In this document: in pieces, positions 29,001 to 39,889 of the stretch
Numbering within the stretch: the stretch's first letter is position 1
Layout of the letters: each line of letters begins with the position of its first letter
Assembly (NCBI GenBank): GCA_951406725.2
Contig: OX597842.1
Location: forward strand, 29,202,001 to 29,266,000
From: Octopus vulgaris
Taxonomy: Eukaryota
Direction: 5' to 3'
Length of the DNA stretch: 64,000 bases
The notes under the pieces: generated by a model
Told to the model about the DNA's origin: nothing
The model's database searches: none
Seen by the model: only the letters and a program-made list of their open reading frames with translations
Translations under genes and position numbers: made by a program

Positions 29001-29083
29001 TTATCAGGATTTTTTTTGATAAATCGTTTCACATCTTCAAAGTCTCCATTCTGAATCTTGCTTATAATCTTATTTACATCCAT
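39..29083 (-). CDS. Gene copy A (3'-partial): ankyrin-repeat / RING-finger protein (Mind-bomb-like C-terminal half), predicted to continue to a death domain beyond the window
   Basis: Hand-assembled exons with GT-AG sites and matching phases: 29000-29083, 25328-25482, 17082-17238, 16065-16627, 13561-13717, 12749-13107, 10771-10807, 7866-8075, 5207-5382, 4066-4208 (2041 nt, open), then micro-exons 342-394, 191-226, 39-74. About 17 TPLH-type ankyrin motifs, then CxxC...PCxH...CxxC...CPICR RING. Colinear with copy B. Confidence 0.88.
690..960 (-). mobile_element. Mariner-like 5' remnant (second copy at ~49430-49697)
   Basis: [12 protein letters not shown] resembles the mariner transposase N-terminus EQR..IKFC..L; present in both gene copies. 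Confidence 0.5.
1977..3223 (+). mobile_element. Decayed Tc1-family DNA transposon (transposase pseudogene with one intron and 3' TIR)
   Basis: MSQKKSI...[43 protein letters not shown]...[24 protein letters not shown]; frameshifts and stops; ends CTATAATTTTGGCCAAGGTTG-TA. Confidence 0.88.
4066..4208 (-). CDS. Copy A RING-finger exon ([38 protein letters not shown])
   Basis: 143 nt, phase 2-1, CAG / GTAAGA; C3HC4 ligand spacing of the MIB/IAP-type RING. Confidence 0.92.
5207..5382 (-). CDS. Copy A exon 7 (degenerate last ankyrin, [21 protein letters not shown])
   Basis: 176 nt, phase 0-2, CAG / GTAAGT; resembles the last ankyrin segment preceding the RING in Mind bomb proteins. Confidence 0.85.
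6424..6572 (+). mobile_element. Short RTE LINE RT C-terminal fragment
   Basis: [20 protein letters not shown]...RIR motif. Confidence 0.65.
6826..7240 (-). mobile_element. tRNA-derived SINE, family 1
   Basis: Head GGCGCAGGAGTGGCTGTGTGGTAAG...GGTTCAGTCCC (A/B boxes), internal microsatellite, AAGAG-rich tail; several copies in the window. Confidence 0.88.
7866..8075 (-). CDS. Copy A ankyrin exon 6 ([20 protein letters not shown]...GNNCLHIAA...)
   Basis: 210 nt, phase 0-0, AAG / GTAAGT. Confidence 0.88.
8765..9770 (-). mobile_element. RTE-clade LINE fragment (endonuclease and linker), decayed
   Basis: [12 protein letters not shown] (GDFNGHVG-like), [16 protein letters not shown]; absent from the equivalent intron of copy B. 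Confidence 0.8.
10771..10807 (-). CDS. Copy A 37-nt exon 5 ([12 protein letters not shown])
   Basis: CAG / GTTAGT, phase 2-0 bridges exon 4b and exon 6 in frame; completes an ankyrin repeat; conserved at 57002-57038. Confidence 0.8.
10905..11586. repeat. Compound TA/CA/TACA microsatellite
   Basis: Direct reading. Confidence 0.95.
12749..13107 (-). CDS. Copy A ankyrin exon 4b, 3.5 ankyrin repeats
   Basis: 359 nt, phase 0-2; ORF 12745-13089. Confidence 0.92.
13561..13717 (-). CDS. Copy A ankyrin exon 3b (duplicate of 3a)
   Basis: 157 nt, same splice sites as 3a, 5 substitutions. Confidence 0.88.
13872..14595. mobile_element. Foldback/MITE-like element with long imperfect TIRs (duplicated at 17406-18129)
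   Basis: AGGCAAACCTACACAAATGTGCCCC... versus ...GGGGCCCAGTTGTGTAGGTATGCCT; arms >100 bp. Confidence 0.75.
16065..16627 (-). CDS. Copy A ankyrin exon 4a, 5.5 tandem 34-aa ankyrin repeats
   Basis: 563 nt, phase 0-2, TAG / GTAAGT; ORF 16061-16609 with repeated G.T[APS]LH.A...G...[11 protein letters not shown]. Confidence 0.93.
17082..17238 (-). CDS. Copy A ankyrin exon 3a ([39 protein letters not shown]...)
   Basis: 157 nt, phase 2-0, CAG / GTCAGC sites, GDTPLHLA motif. Confidence 0.9.
18605..22862. repeat. Compound satellite, ~40 units of ~105 bp
   Basis: Constant core AAACACATGCATATACATTTGCACAAGCACATAGTAATTAATATATAAGCGT plus variable (CA)n-AAACGA-(CA)n-(CT)n. Confidence 0.97.
23550..24036 (+). 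mobile_element. Interspersed repeat with RTE-like 3' tail (also 63808-64000 minus; tail fragments ~4450-4530, ~7690-7830, ~10228-10290, ~43453-43512)
   Basis: GGCGTTAGGAAGGGCATCCAGC...CCAACCCATGCTAGCATGGAAAACGGACG(TGA)n; internal ~60-bp tandem subrepeats. Confidence 0.75.
24423..24924. mobile_element. Truncated relative of the 43235-44128 TIR family
   Basis: Starts GGATCTTTTCCTTTTGAACGGCA, shares AAACTTCGTATACTGGTAGAATGTG, (CCCTAA)n at ~24719-24759 and inner inverted repeat ~24767-24923. Confidence 0.7.
25328..25482 (-). CDS. Copy A ankyrin exon 2 ([19 protein letters not shown]...WTALHYAVV)
   Basis: CAG acceptor after pyrimidine tract, GTAAGG donor, 155 nt, phase 0-2; homologue at 62939-63090. 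Confidence 0.9.
25812..25960 (+). mobile_element. Degenerate SINE family 1 5' half
   Basis: AGGCGTGGCTGTGTGGTAAG...GGTTCAATCTC head. Confidence 0.7.
28425..28835 (+). mobile_element. Decayed CR1/Jockey-type RT fragment
   Basis: [21 protein letters not shown] (LDISKAFD.VW-like), INSGMP. Confidence 0.6.
29000..29083 (-). CDS. Copy A first coding exon (ankyrin N-cap) [28 protein letters not shown]
   Basis: ATG at 29083-29081, 28 codons, donor GTAAGT, phase 0 matches next exon; a polypyrimidine+AG acceptor 2 nt upstream implies a further upstream exon. Not in the ORF track. Confidence 0.75.
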
Positions 29084-30440
29084 GTCTTTTGAATAAAAAG
29101 GAAAGTAAGATAGTTTTTAAAAACTTATAAAATGAGGTAAAGAGCAATTTAAAGAAGATGGAACAGCTCATTTGTGAAATTAACATGCAAATGGCTGAGT
29201 ACACCACAGACGCGTGTACCCCTAATGTAGTTCTCAGGGAGATTCAGCATGACACAGAGTGTGACAAGGCTGACCCTTTGAAATACAGACACAACTCATT
29301 TTCGCTGAGTAGACTGGAGCAACGTGAAATAAAGGTTCTTGCTCAAGGAATCCTCCTACTCATTCCCCGCCCCCACCAACCCTCTGCGCATGAGTGGCTG
29401 GGGAAGCAAGCATATTAATGTGTTAATGCGTATCCGCAGGTTTGTATGTAATTGGACGCATCTATCAATGGTGCTACCACAAACCCCAGTGGTGCTTGAT
29501 TATTGCACCCAGAATCTCTTACTGGTCACCTGATATGTTATCTACTTACCCACCTGTCTCCCCTCTCTTAATCCTTTTGATACTAACCCGGCTGAAACCA
29601 GCTCTGGCTCTGTGGTAAAATATCTTGTTTCCAAAAGTTTTCAATTAAAATCTTCCACCAAACCTTAGTCACAATTTATGTTCCTAACACTAGCTGAATG
29701 ATAACGAAGTTGTTTTACTAAATTCTTTGTTATATTTAAAGTAATTGAAAGAAACACAGAGCATCTCAAAATAAATACAGTAACGAAAGGGTTAAGGGGG
29801 CATGTAAGCACAGCCTATATCTCCAAACTCTGGTCAATTCTTAACCCCCATTCTCATCAACACCAGTCCACAATTGTGTTTCTGGGGGTTGTGTTCCCAC
29901 TCTACCTTCTCCTGATCTCCCTTCCCTTCAAGCCATGTACCTCTCAAGTATTTCGTTTTGGTTACTGCATGTATTTCCTTATGCATGCTGCCCTTATGAG
30001 GTGCATCTACCAATTGCAGCTATTGTTTGACACAACGATGTTTTACCAAATACTGAAACAGGTGTAACATGAAATGAAGGAGGGCCAGGTTGAAGCCCCT
30101 GCTTGTTTCTCTCGTTAATGATGTGCTTTTTATATTATTACAGCCCTCCGCTGATTGTACAGGATCCGGTTTGAATTCAAAATGAAAGGAATTAAAACTG
30201 ATTAACCTCAAGTGTCAAAATTTGGATGGAACAGTGTCATGCAAGGAGCACATCCTATCACACACACACATTGATATATATATGTTTGTTGAAATGGAAA
30301 GATGAATTATCTTGTTACGGATTATTCAAAAGTTTAACCGATACCTGGGTAGCAAAAATCACACCAGAAAAAAACACGGTTGGAGATAAGACCATATGGT
30401 GTTGCAACCATGCGTTGGTGTGGATAATTGAAGTTTAAAA

Positions 30441-31070
30441 TAATTAGTGAATGGAAGAAATGGAGTTGAGCGAAGATTGTACAGAATTCCTTTTATTACA
30501 TTCTACACATGTTTCAAAGGCCACAATTTTCCAAATTCTGATTAAATAAGGATACCATATTGCAGCTTTCTCTTCAGGAAAAACCAGGAATTACGTTGAC
30601 AGAACAAAACAAAACAGAGGCGCAGCAAAGCAATTCGAACGAGGACGCTCCTTAAGAGCCCATGGGTAAAATGTTTATCAATGTACGTTGAAATCGGGGG
30701 GTTGGTGGGGGCCGACAAAGGGTTCGTTGGAATAAATCCAGGTCACCTACTAGATCTGACCGCGGCCTGACCTGGATTTATTCCAATGGACCCTTTGTCG
30801 GCCCCCACCAACCCCCCGATTTCAACGTACATTGATAAACATTTTACCCATGGGCTCTTAAGGAGCGTCCTTGTTCGAATTGCTTTGCTGCGCCTCTGTT
30901 TTGTTTTGTTCTGACAACGTAATTCCTGGTTTTTCCTGAAGAGAAAGCTGCAATATGGTATCCTTATTTAATCAGAATTTGGAAAATTGTGGCCTTTGAA
31001 ACATGTGTAGAATGTAATAAAAGGAATTCTGTACAATCTTCGCTCAACTCCATTTCTTCCATTCACTAAT

Positions 31071-31072
<2 letters not shown>
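30441..31072. repeat. Near-perfect palindrome, 305-bp arms and 22-nt spacer (Penelope-like inverted terminal repeat)
   Basis: 30441-30745 is the reverse complement of 30768-31072 with about 4 mismatches by eye. Confidence 0.93.
30933..31012 (+). ncRNA. Minimal type I hammerhead ribozyme motif (mirror copy 30501-30580 minus)
   Basis: ttc-CUGAAGA-gaaagcugcaau...auuguggccuuu-GAAA-caugug-UA-gaa; GUA site. Confidence 0.62.
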
Positions 31073-31102
<30 letters not shown>

Positions 31103-31163
31103 CATATATAGATACATAACATACAAACACACACATACACACACACACACAAGTACACACAAA

Positions 31164-31217
<54 letters not shown>

Positions 31218-31413
31218 TGATGAATGAATTATTCTTTGTCTACCGTTAACATGGAAAATTCAATAAACGGTTACCAGGGTAGCAAAATTCATGCAAGTAA
31301 CAAGGATGTAGCGACCTATTCAAAGGTAGAAACTCCGGGTTAATGTGCAGTAATTTGTGTAGTATAAGTAAATAAATGGAGTTGAATGCAGATGTTATTC
31401 GAATTCTTTTATA

Positions 31414-31495
31414 TTCGACATATGTTTCAAAGACAACATTGGTTTTATTCCAAAGGAATAAACGGTGTAAAATAATGCAATCTTCTCATCAGGAA
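31414..31495 (-). ncRNA. Minimal type I hammerhead ribozyme motif
   Basis: ttc-CUGAUGA-gaagauugcauu...aauguugucuuu-GAAA-cauaug-UC-gaa: intact core, stem II, palindromic stem III, GUC site, 3-bp stem I. Confidence 0.7.
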
Positions 31496-31539
31496 AGAAA
31501 GAGAACCTATCTCAACAACAAGACATTGTATTTACTTAC

Positions 31540-31564
<25 letters not shown>

Positions 31565-31570
<6 letters not shown>

Positions 31571-31679
31571 ATTGAAGAAATGGAGTTGAACGAAGATTGA
31601 ACAGAAATCGTTTTATTTCAGAATGAAATAAAACGATTTCTGTTCAATCTTCGTTCAACTCCATTTCTTCAATTCACTA
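31565..31679. repeat. Perfect hairpin, 56-bp arms, 3-nt loop
   Basis: TAGTGAATTGAAGAAATGGAGTTG...TTTCA-GAA-TGAAA...TTCACTA; same family as the 30441 palindrome. Confidence 0.9.
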
Positions 31680-31885
31680 ATAATATTAAAATTCAATTAT
31701 CCGCAGCAACGCACGGTTGCAACACCATATGGTTGTACCTCCAACCGTGCTGTCTTCTGCTGTGATTTTTGCTACCAAGGTATCGGTTAAACTTTTGATT
31801 AATCTGCAACAAGATTATTCATCTTTCTATTTCACATAATATGTATATATATATATATATATTTAAAAAAACCGTTACGGTTGAA

Positions 31886-32243
<358 letters not shown>

Positions 32244-33192
32244 GTATCACTGCGAACGACACATCTCACGCCATTTCCGCTATGCAACATATCTGTGTTC
32301 GGTTTGTCCTTGTATCCGGATTCCCGTTTGCGCCGTATTAATCTTCTCTCTTCGCTCTTATACGCCATTTGGTCTCAACTCTCCCCCCTCCTCATCTAAC
32401 CCCCCTCTCCCCCTCCTCACCTATCCTTTCTCCCCCCGACCCCCACTTCTTCAGTCCTTCATCCTTTCACCCCTACTCCCCTTCCCTTCTTCCCTCTTTC
32501 TCCCTCCCTCTTCCTCTTCCCTCTGCTCCCTCACTCCCTCTCTCCCCTTCTCTCTCCCTCTCCCTCTTTCCTCCTTCATCCCTCTCCTCCCCTTCCTTCT
32601 CCCCATCCTCTCCTCTTCACCCTCCCCTCCCCCTCTTCTTCCCCTCCCCTTCTCCCCTCCCCCTCTTCTCCTCACTACACCACATGACTTTACACATCAC
32701 ATCACATATGATGTGCCATACTAATACACACACCAACTAATACATACTAATACGTACTAATACATACTAGTACATACTAATACTTACACCAACCCTATAC
32801 ATACACACGTCCAGACCCCGCATACGCACTTATACTCTCTCACACACACACACACACACCTATACATACCAATACGTACTAATACATACTAATACATACT
32901 AATACATACACCAACCCCATACATACGCACGTCCAGACCAATCCCACGCACTGATACTCTCTCATACACACACACACACACACACCCTTATACATACTAA
33001 TACATACACCAACCCTATACATACACATCCAGACCCCTCCCACGCACTTTTAGCTGGTCCCTCAACCCTATTATCTCCCCTTATTTCGCTCTCGCGTCTC
33101 ATGTTTGATCTTTGACCTCTGGCCGAAATCAGATCGCCATGTTGATTCGCTAGCCTCTGCACGCATTTTTTTCTCTCCTTCTTTCTGTGTTT

Positions 33193-33292
33193 NNNNNNNN
33201 NNNNNNNNNNNNNNNNNNNNNNNNNNNNNNNNNNNNNNNNNNNNNNNNNNNNNNNNNNNNNNNNNNNNNNNNNNNNNNNNNNNNNNNNNNNN
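33193..33292. other. Assembly gap (100 N)
   Basis: Run of n. Confidence 1.
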
Positions 33293-33638
33293 CATACACG
33301 CACATGCGTTCATACAGGCACACTCGCACTTACACGCATGCGTGTGGGCAGAAATATGTATACACCTGTACTCACGCCCACACCCACGCACATGGGGGAG
33401 TAGATCCCATGCCTATACATAAAAGTATGTATATGCACAGACACAGGTATAACAAAAAGATCCATTCTCGCACACGGGCAAGATACGGAATTATAGTGGG
33501 TACAGAAGGTAGACATGAACGTAAGAAACTTGCGGGCAAAAAAATTATAACAGAATATACATATATATACACGAACAATATACATATACATATATATACA
33601 CACACACACATATACGCATATATATATACACATATATG

Positions 33639-33688
<50 letters not shown>

Positions 33689-33822
33689 TATATACATACA
33701 CACACATACACACATACACACGCACATATATACATACACACACACGTGTACATACATACGCACATATATATGTGCATACATACACACACACGTGTACATA
33801 CATACACGCATATGTTGTATGG

Positions 33823-33989
<167 letters not shown>

Positions 33990-34092
33990 ACATATATATA
34001 TATATATAATCATTTGTATATATAACACATAGATTATTGATTAAAATATGTAATAATTAGAAAAGCATACAGGAAAATGTTGATTTACATAC

Positions 34093-34419
34093 CGTTTCCC
34101 TTGGCCGAAATATACGATGAACAGTTGCAATCATAATCTTCGATGTATTTGTCGTGGAACAATCGGTGCATATAACACGGGCCATTACAATAGGTAAAAT
34201 ATTCGCACTCATCGCGGGAAATACACCGAAATGAACATTCTTTAAGAGATGACGTGTATTCTCTTGCTTTATTCTGATCAGTTAAGCATTTTGTTGTGAG
34301 TTTTGTGAATTGGCCTTCTCTATACGTTGGTTGTCCAATTACAGGTGTTACGGAAAATACAAGCGTGAAATATGGCAGCAATAGGAGAATCAAATGATAT
34401 TGAATTGATGTTTCCATTC
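34093..34419 (-). CDS. Exon encoding signal peptide plus PAN/apple-like domain of a secreted protein (partial gene)
   Basis: METSIQYHLILLLLPYFTLVFSVTPVIG hydrophobic leader, then SLKECSFRCISRDECEYFTYCNGPCYMH (C-x3-C-x5-C-x2-F-x-Y...C); TTTTTCAG acceptor, G|GTATGT donor in phase 1; downstream exons not found. Confidence 0.75.
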
Positions 34420-35018
34420 CTGAAAAATATACAAGATTACATGCACGCATGCGTGTTTGTCTATTCATCTCTCTCATATTCATCATATTCATAAAAAAAA
34501 AACAGCCAGAGCAAGTAATGAGAATACGAAAATAGTAGTTGAAAAATACCGATAAAGGTATATTACTGCACATATAGACATGCATGAACATGGGTATGTC
34601 TGTCTTTTTTACCTTTCGTCTCTCTTACTATTATTATTATTATTGTTACTTTTTTCCCCTTTTAAAACTTGCTTGCAAATATCAGATTTTTTTCCCTATT
34701 ACCCCATTTGTATTCTCCCGTATTGTATCTTTTTTTTTAATTTACTTTATTTTATTAAACCTCTTTTGATGTCCTTACAAAAATTCTTCACACAGATGAA
34801 AATGACAATGCATAAATTTACTTTGGTCTGAATTTTTCCTTACTTATTTGTATTGTCCTTTGAAATGCGCGTATGTATTGAACCCTATTTTGTATTAAAT
34901 CTAATTTTGATTCAACATCTTTTTCTCCTCCATTTTTCTATAATTTTTTATGGTATTTTTACACCTATAACGATATGCATTTATACACACACACACACAC
35001 ACGCATATATATATATAC

Positions 35019-35054
<36 letters not shown>

Positions 35055-35357
35055 AGATGGAGAGAGAGAAAAAGAGAGGGAGAGAGAGCATGTTTCTTGA
35101 ATACACAAATAGGTAATATTTGTTCTGATATAACATTTCATATTCACCTACTGAGTCAAAAACTACAGAATAGACAACACATCAGAAGGTGGTAACAAGT
35201 GCAGAATTTGTGGACAAAATATGTCTCTAAAGAATTCTATCAGTCGATCCAAGATTTAAACGAATCCACCTCTCTTCTTTCCATTCTCCTTGCAAATGGG
35301 AAAAGGATTATGATAAACCTAATGCGATGAAAGCACAAGTAGTAGCAGTATTTATAT

Positions 35358-35651
35358 TCACCGTGACCATCAGATGTTGTTACACATCGCTGGTCACAAT
35401 GCGCTTCACATTGTCTTAGCCTTCAAATGACGCCACCCCGCTGGCTAAGCGAGCAGGCCAACAGAAGAAAGAGTGAGAGAAAGTTGTGGCGAGAGAGTAC
35501 AGCAGGGTTCACCACCACCCCCTGCTGGAGCCTCGTGGAGCTTTAGGTGTTTTCGCTCAATAAACACTCACAACGCCCGGTCAGGGAATCGAAACCGCGA
35601 TCCTCCGACCGCGAGTCCGCTGCCCTAACCACTGGGCCATTGCGCCTCCAC
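35358..35651 (-). mobile_element. tRNA-derived SINE, family 3
   Basis: Head GTGGAGGCGCAATGGCCCAGTGGTTAG...GGTTTCGATTCCC; fragment also at ~57188-57302. Confidence 0.8.
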
Positions 35652-35730
35652 AGTGTTTATATCATAGAATTATAAAAACAAGTTTAGAATTTATCTCTCT
35701 TTTCATTCCTAATATCATTAATTCACTTAC

Positions 35731-35743
35731 CTTTAAGGTTCAT
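35731..35743 (-). CDS. Possible first coding micro-exon of the PAN-domain gene (MNLK-G)
   Basis: ATG AAC CTT AAA G followed by consensus donor AG|GTAAGT; splices in frame onto GA-ATG at 34419. Confidence 0.4.
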
Positions 35744-36850
35744 GACTGTTACAGGGTTGTTAAGTAAACTTCCCTTTTAGTTGCAAAATCGACCAACCAG
35801 ACGTGTCTCACTGGAAACAATATCTTCTTTCCTTTTAATATTTCTTTTTTTCCAGTTTCGATAAACAGGATTTCTTTTATTCCTTTCTATTCTCTTCGTT
35901 CCGACAATTTAAGAATAAACTTAAGATATTTCACAGTTCAAGCTTCAAGATGATATGTCCTTAAAACAATATCTTCAGATTTTTTACTCTCTTATTAAGA
36001 TAGATGTACAACTTGAACTTTCGTTCCCTCTGACTCTAGAATTTGCCCGCAGGTAATTTCGCTTTTCTCAAATACGTTCGCAAACTTGGAGTCTTATATT
36101 GTCGTTGCTTTCTTTCCAAAATACTTTGCTTTCACGATTATTTATAAACTATCAGTTTCACTCTCAGCTTCGTTACTTTTCCGATCAATGACCGCTCTTA
36201 TTCACCGGTCTCCGCAACAATACCTCTTGAAACAAGTTGACTGTATTTATAAGCCTGGTGAACAAAAACTATTTCAACTTTGCAATATATCGATAGCTTT
36301 CGATTTGTTTTTGTTTTTCATTTTGTACCGGATATATCATGTTTAATGTTGTTGGATGAAGTGCGGTCAATCATAACAAGTAGAGAGTTAAGGCTTTGAA
36401 TTAATAAAGGCTTCTTTTGTGTTTGTATTTCGATGTCAAACGGATATCAATAATGTCCTCCGAGAAAGCTATGGATATTAGCAATCAATCTTCACTGTTT
36501 ATACCAACTTGGCCTTCGATCGATAAAGCTGCTAATAAAATACTGAAGTTGGTTCGATTTACATTGATGTATCCTACAAACTCTAAACATCTTACTAGTT
36601 AAAAATACCATCTTGAAGAAGAACAAATGTTTTGAAATGAAGGACAAATGAGAGAGGATTTAGGTAGAGTCAGCAGTTTCAGAGAAGTGTATGACCTCTT
36701 AACGGAAGGCAGCTTGGAAATTTGACATTGAAGGTGGCTGTTGTTTAGCCGCAGGTTTCAATCACTGAGCCTCGATTGAGTGGTTCTTTCTTAGTCAGAG
36801 AATTGCAGCCATTATCAAACCATTTTCAGACCGTGTCTTATAAGAACCAC

Positions 36851-37373
36851 ATTATCCAAACGTTTTTATAAAGGGTGAAGCGTCTCGTCTGATAAATATT
36901 TAGAGGAAATTATATTTTGAGCAACTGTTCAGAGATTAGTCTCCCTCCTTTGTATCTCTTATGATAAAAGGCAGATTTTCTCTGCCTGTGACTATGTTTC
37001 TTTTTAATACATTTGTACAATATAGAATTTGTTCAATTGGAATTTACCTATGATTTTTCGAAGTAGATTCGATTGGGTCATGGCATATACATTTTTTTTT
37101 CAATTTCACCCCCAATTAAGCAAAAATTCGAGAAAACTCAATATTTTACGATTTGCCTCTCTCATTTCAAATGCTTTACTCCTGCTATTACCACACTTTC
37201 TCCTACTTTCTCTTTGCAAGTGTATACCACTATTATATCCTCTTTCTGCAACTCTTATTCAACATCACACATTATCCAAACGTTTTTATAAACGGTGAAG
37301 CGTCTCGTCTGATAAATATTTAGAGGAAATTATATTTTGAGCAACTGTTCGGAGATTAGGCTCCCTCCTTTGT
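36851..37373 (+). repeat. ~100-bp direct repeat (36851-36953 and 37271-37373)
   Basis: ATTATCCAAACGTTTTTATAAA...GCAACTGTTC.GAGATTAG.CTCCCTCCTTTGTAT twice. Confidence 0.85.
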
Positions 37374-37424
37374 ATGTAATATAATAATGTATGGCGCTTG
37401 AAGACACCCAAACCAAGTAGATGA

Positions 37425-38023
37425 TTGTTGTTTTCCTTCTCGAGCCATGTCTGGCTCATAAGGGCCGGTTTCCCCGGTTTCTTGGCGTGTAGGTTCCCCA
37501 CCTGGACGAGACGCCGTTCCTTCGCAGGTGAGCAGCAAGATACAGGAGGAAAGAGTGAGAGAAAGTTGGGGCCGTTTTCTTTGGCGTATAGGTTCCCCAC
37601 CTGGACGAGATGCCGGTCCTTCGCAGGTGAGCAGCAAGATGCAGGAGGAAAGAGTGAGAGAAAGTTGTGGCGAAAGAGTCAGCAGAAGTTTCGCCATTAC
37701 CTTCTGCCGGAGCCACGTGGAGCTTAGGTGTTTCGTTCATGAACACACATATCGCCCGGTCTGAGATTCGAACCCGCGATCCCTCGACCGCGAGTCCGCT
37801 GCTCTAACCACTAGGCCATGTGCCTCCAGAAGATGCAGGAAGAAAGAGTGAGGGAAATTCGTGGCAAAAGAGTCAGCAGAAATTTCGCCATTACCTTCTG
37901 TCGGAGCCACGTGGAGCTTAGGTGTTTCGTTCATGAACACACATATCGCCCGGTCTGAGATTCGAATCCGCGATCCCTCTACCGCGTCTCCGCTGCTCTA
38001 ACCACTAGGCCATGTGCCTCCAC
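37425..38023 (-). mobile_element. Tandemly rearranged SINE related to family 3 (two heads, duplicated internal segments)
   Basis: GGAGGCACATGGCCTAGTGGTTAGAGCAGCGG...GGTTCGAATCTC at ~37828 and ~38022; direct repeats 37485-37570/37585-37670 and 37640-37828/37832-38022. Confidence 0.8.
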
Positions 38024-38259
38024 AAGTAGATTATTACTTTTCAAAACAGTTAGGTGCAGATTAATAGACTTAATGTAACACCAACAAGTGACTTGTCTTT
38101 ACTTGAAACTGCACCCATAATTAAGAGTCAAGCTGTCCATCCTGATGCCCATCTACACGTTCCACTTATCAAATGTTACCCCCTCTATGTTCGCCCCTTG
38201 TGGGTAATAACAAAACAGTTCCACTTATCAAATGTATCTATGTAGATGTTTTATTTCAA

Positions 38260-38979
38260 ACTAGCAGTATCGCCCGGCGTTGCGCGGGTTTGTAAGGGAA
38301 ATAACTATATAAGCATTTTTAGAGAGTTACTTCCCATATATAACCCGAGCAAAAATCATTACAAATGCGGAAAAAATTATGGTAATTTTTTTTTAAATCT
38401 TAGACTCATCCTAGACGCGCACTAATACCCAGAAGGGCTCGATATGAATGACGACTATAAGATACCCGCTTTTGGTTAAACTGCATCGCAAAATGTGGGA
38501 GTAGTTAGGAATCTAAATCGGAGGAGACAGAGTCTCATACACACAACTTCAATTTTATATATAAAGATGAGAGAGTCAGGCAACTTATGGAAAATCCTGA
38601 AATTTTATATTAAACCGCAGCATTTTTCAATACATATCTACAAGCTAATTATCATTTAAAATTGCTTAGCCTTACTCTAGGAAATTTCAACTTGACTGAG
38701 ACGCAAAAGAGATATTTTCTTCAAACTTGGCATGAAGGAAGGAAAGACTATTTGGTTTCTCAAGAAGTCTTTTTTTGCCTTAACTTTCTATCTTTATTTG
38801 TTCTTTTGCTGGTGTCTCAAATTCAGGCTAAATCAGTGTTTCTGAAAGGGGAGGCCTATGGGACGGTCGGGCAAATTGTTTTCAGAAAATTTGGTTTAAA
38901 TGTTTGACAACTCAGCACCGTCCATTTGACTGGTGCGTTTTGCTCGTATATATATATATATATAACCTATATATGTATA

Positions 38980-39074
<95 letters not shown>

Positions 39075-39098
39075 ATGTATATATATATATATATATAC

Positions 39099-39144
<46 letters not shown>

Positions 39145-39222
39145 GTATATATATATATACATATGTATATATATATACATATATACATATGTATATATAT
39201 ATGTATATATATATATATATAA

Positions 39223-39265
<43 letters not shown>

Positions 39266-39827
39266 ATATATATATATATATATACTAGCAGTATCGCCCG
39301 GCGTTGCTCGGGTTTGTAAGGGAAATAGCTATATAAGCATTTTTAGAGAGTTACTTCCCTTATAGATGCCAATTCGGGCTTTCTTAGCCATTTCTGTTTT
39401 GGTGTCTTCAAGCCATGAAGTCGTTGTTCTAAAAGAACGCTGGTCTCCTTGACAACGCTTTACGACGTTGATTTCCGTACACTCCCTTCCTCACAGCTTC
39501 ACGAGGGAGGGACGAAGGGGGAGAAGCAATCAGGTGCAGGTGTGAGCGTGGACGCCAACTCCGCCGCCATCGACACACGAAAAATTATGCATTAAAATGG
39601 AATAAAAAATGATGTTAAATTATTTTTAAAATCGTAGTCTCATCGTAGACGCGCGCTAATACGCAGACGGGCTTGATATTAATCACGACTATAAGATACC
39701 CGAATTTGGTTAAACTGCACCGCAAAATGTGGGAGTAGTTAGGAATCTAAATCGAAGGGGACAGACACTCACACAACTACAGTTTTATATATAGGAGACA
39801 GACACACAACTTGACTTTTATATATAA

Positions 39828-39889
<62 letters not shown>

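Noticed and set aside
35570-35651. tRNA gene-like sequences (also SINE heads at ~7240, ~37828, ~38022, ~52426)
   Set aside because: They have A/B boxes but continue into shared SINE bodies and lack a convincing acceptor stem; tRNA-derived SINE heads.
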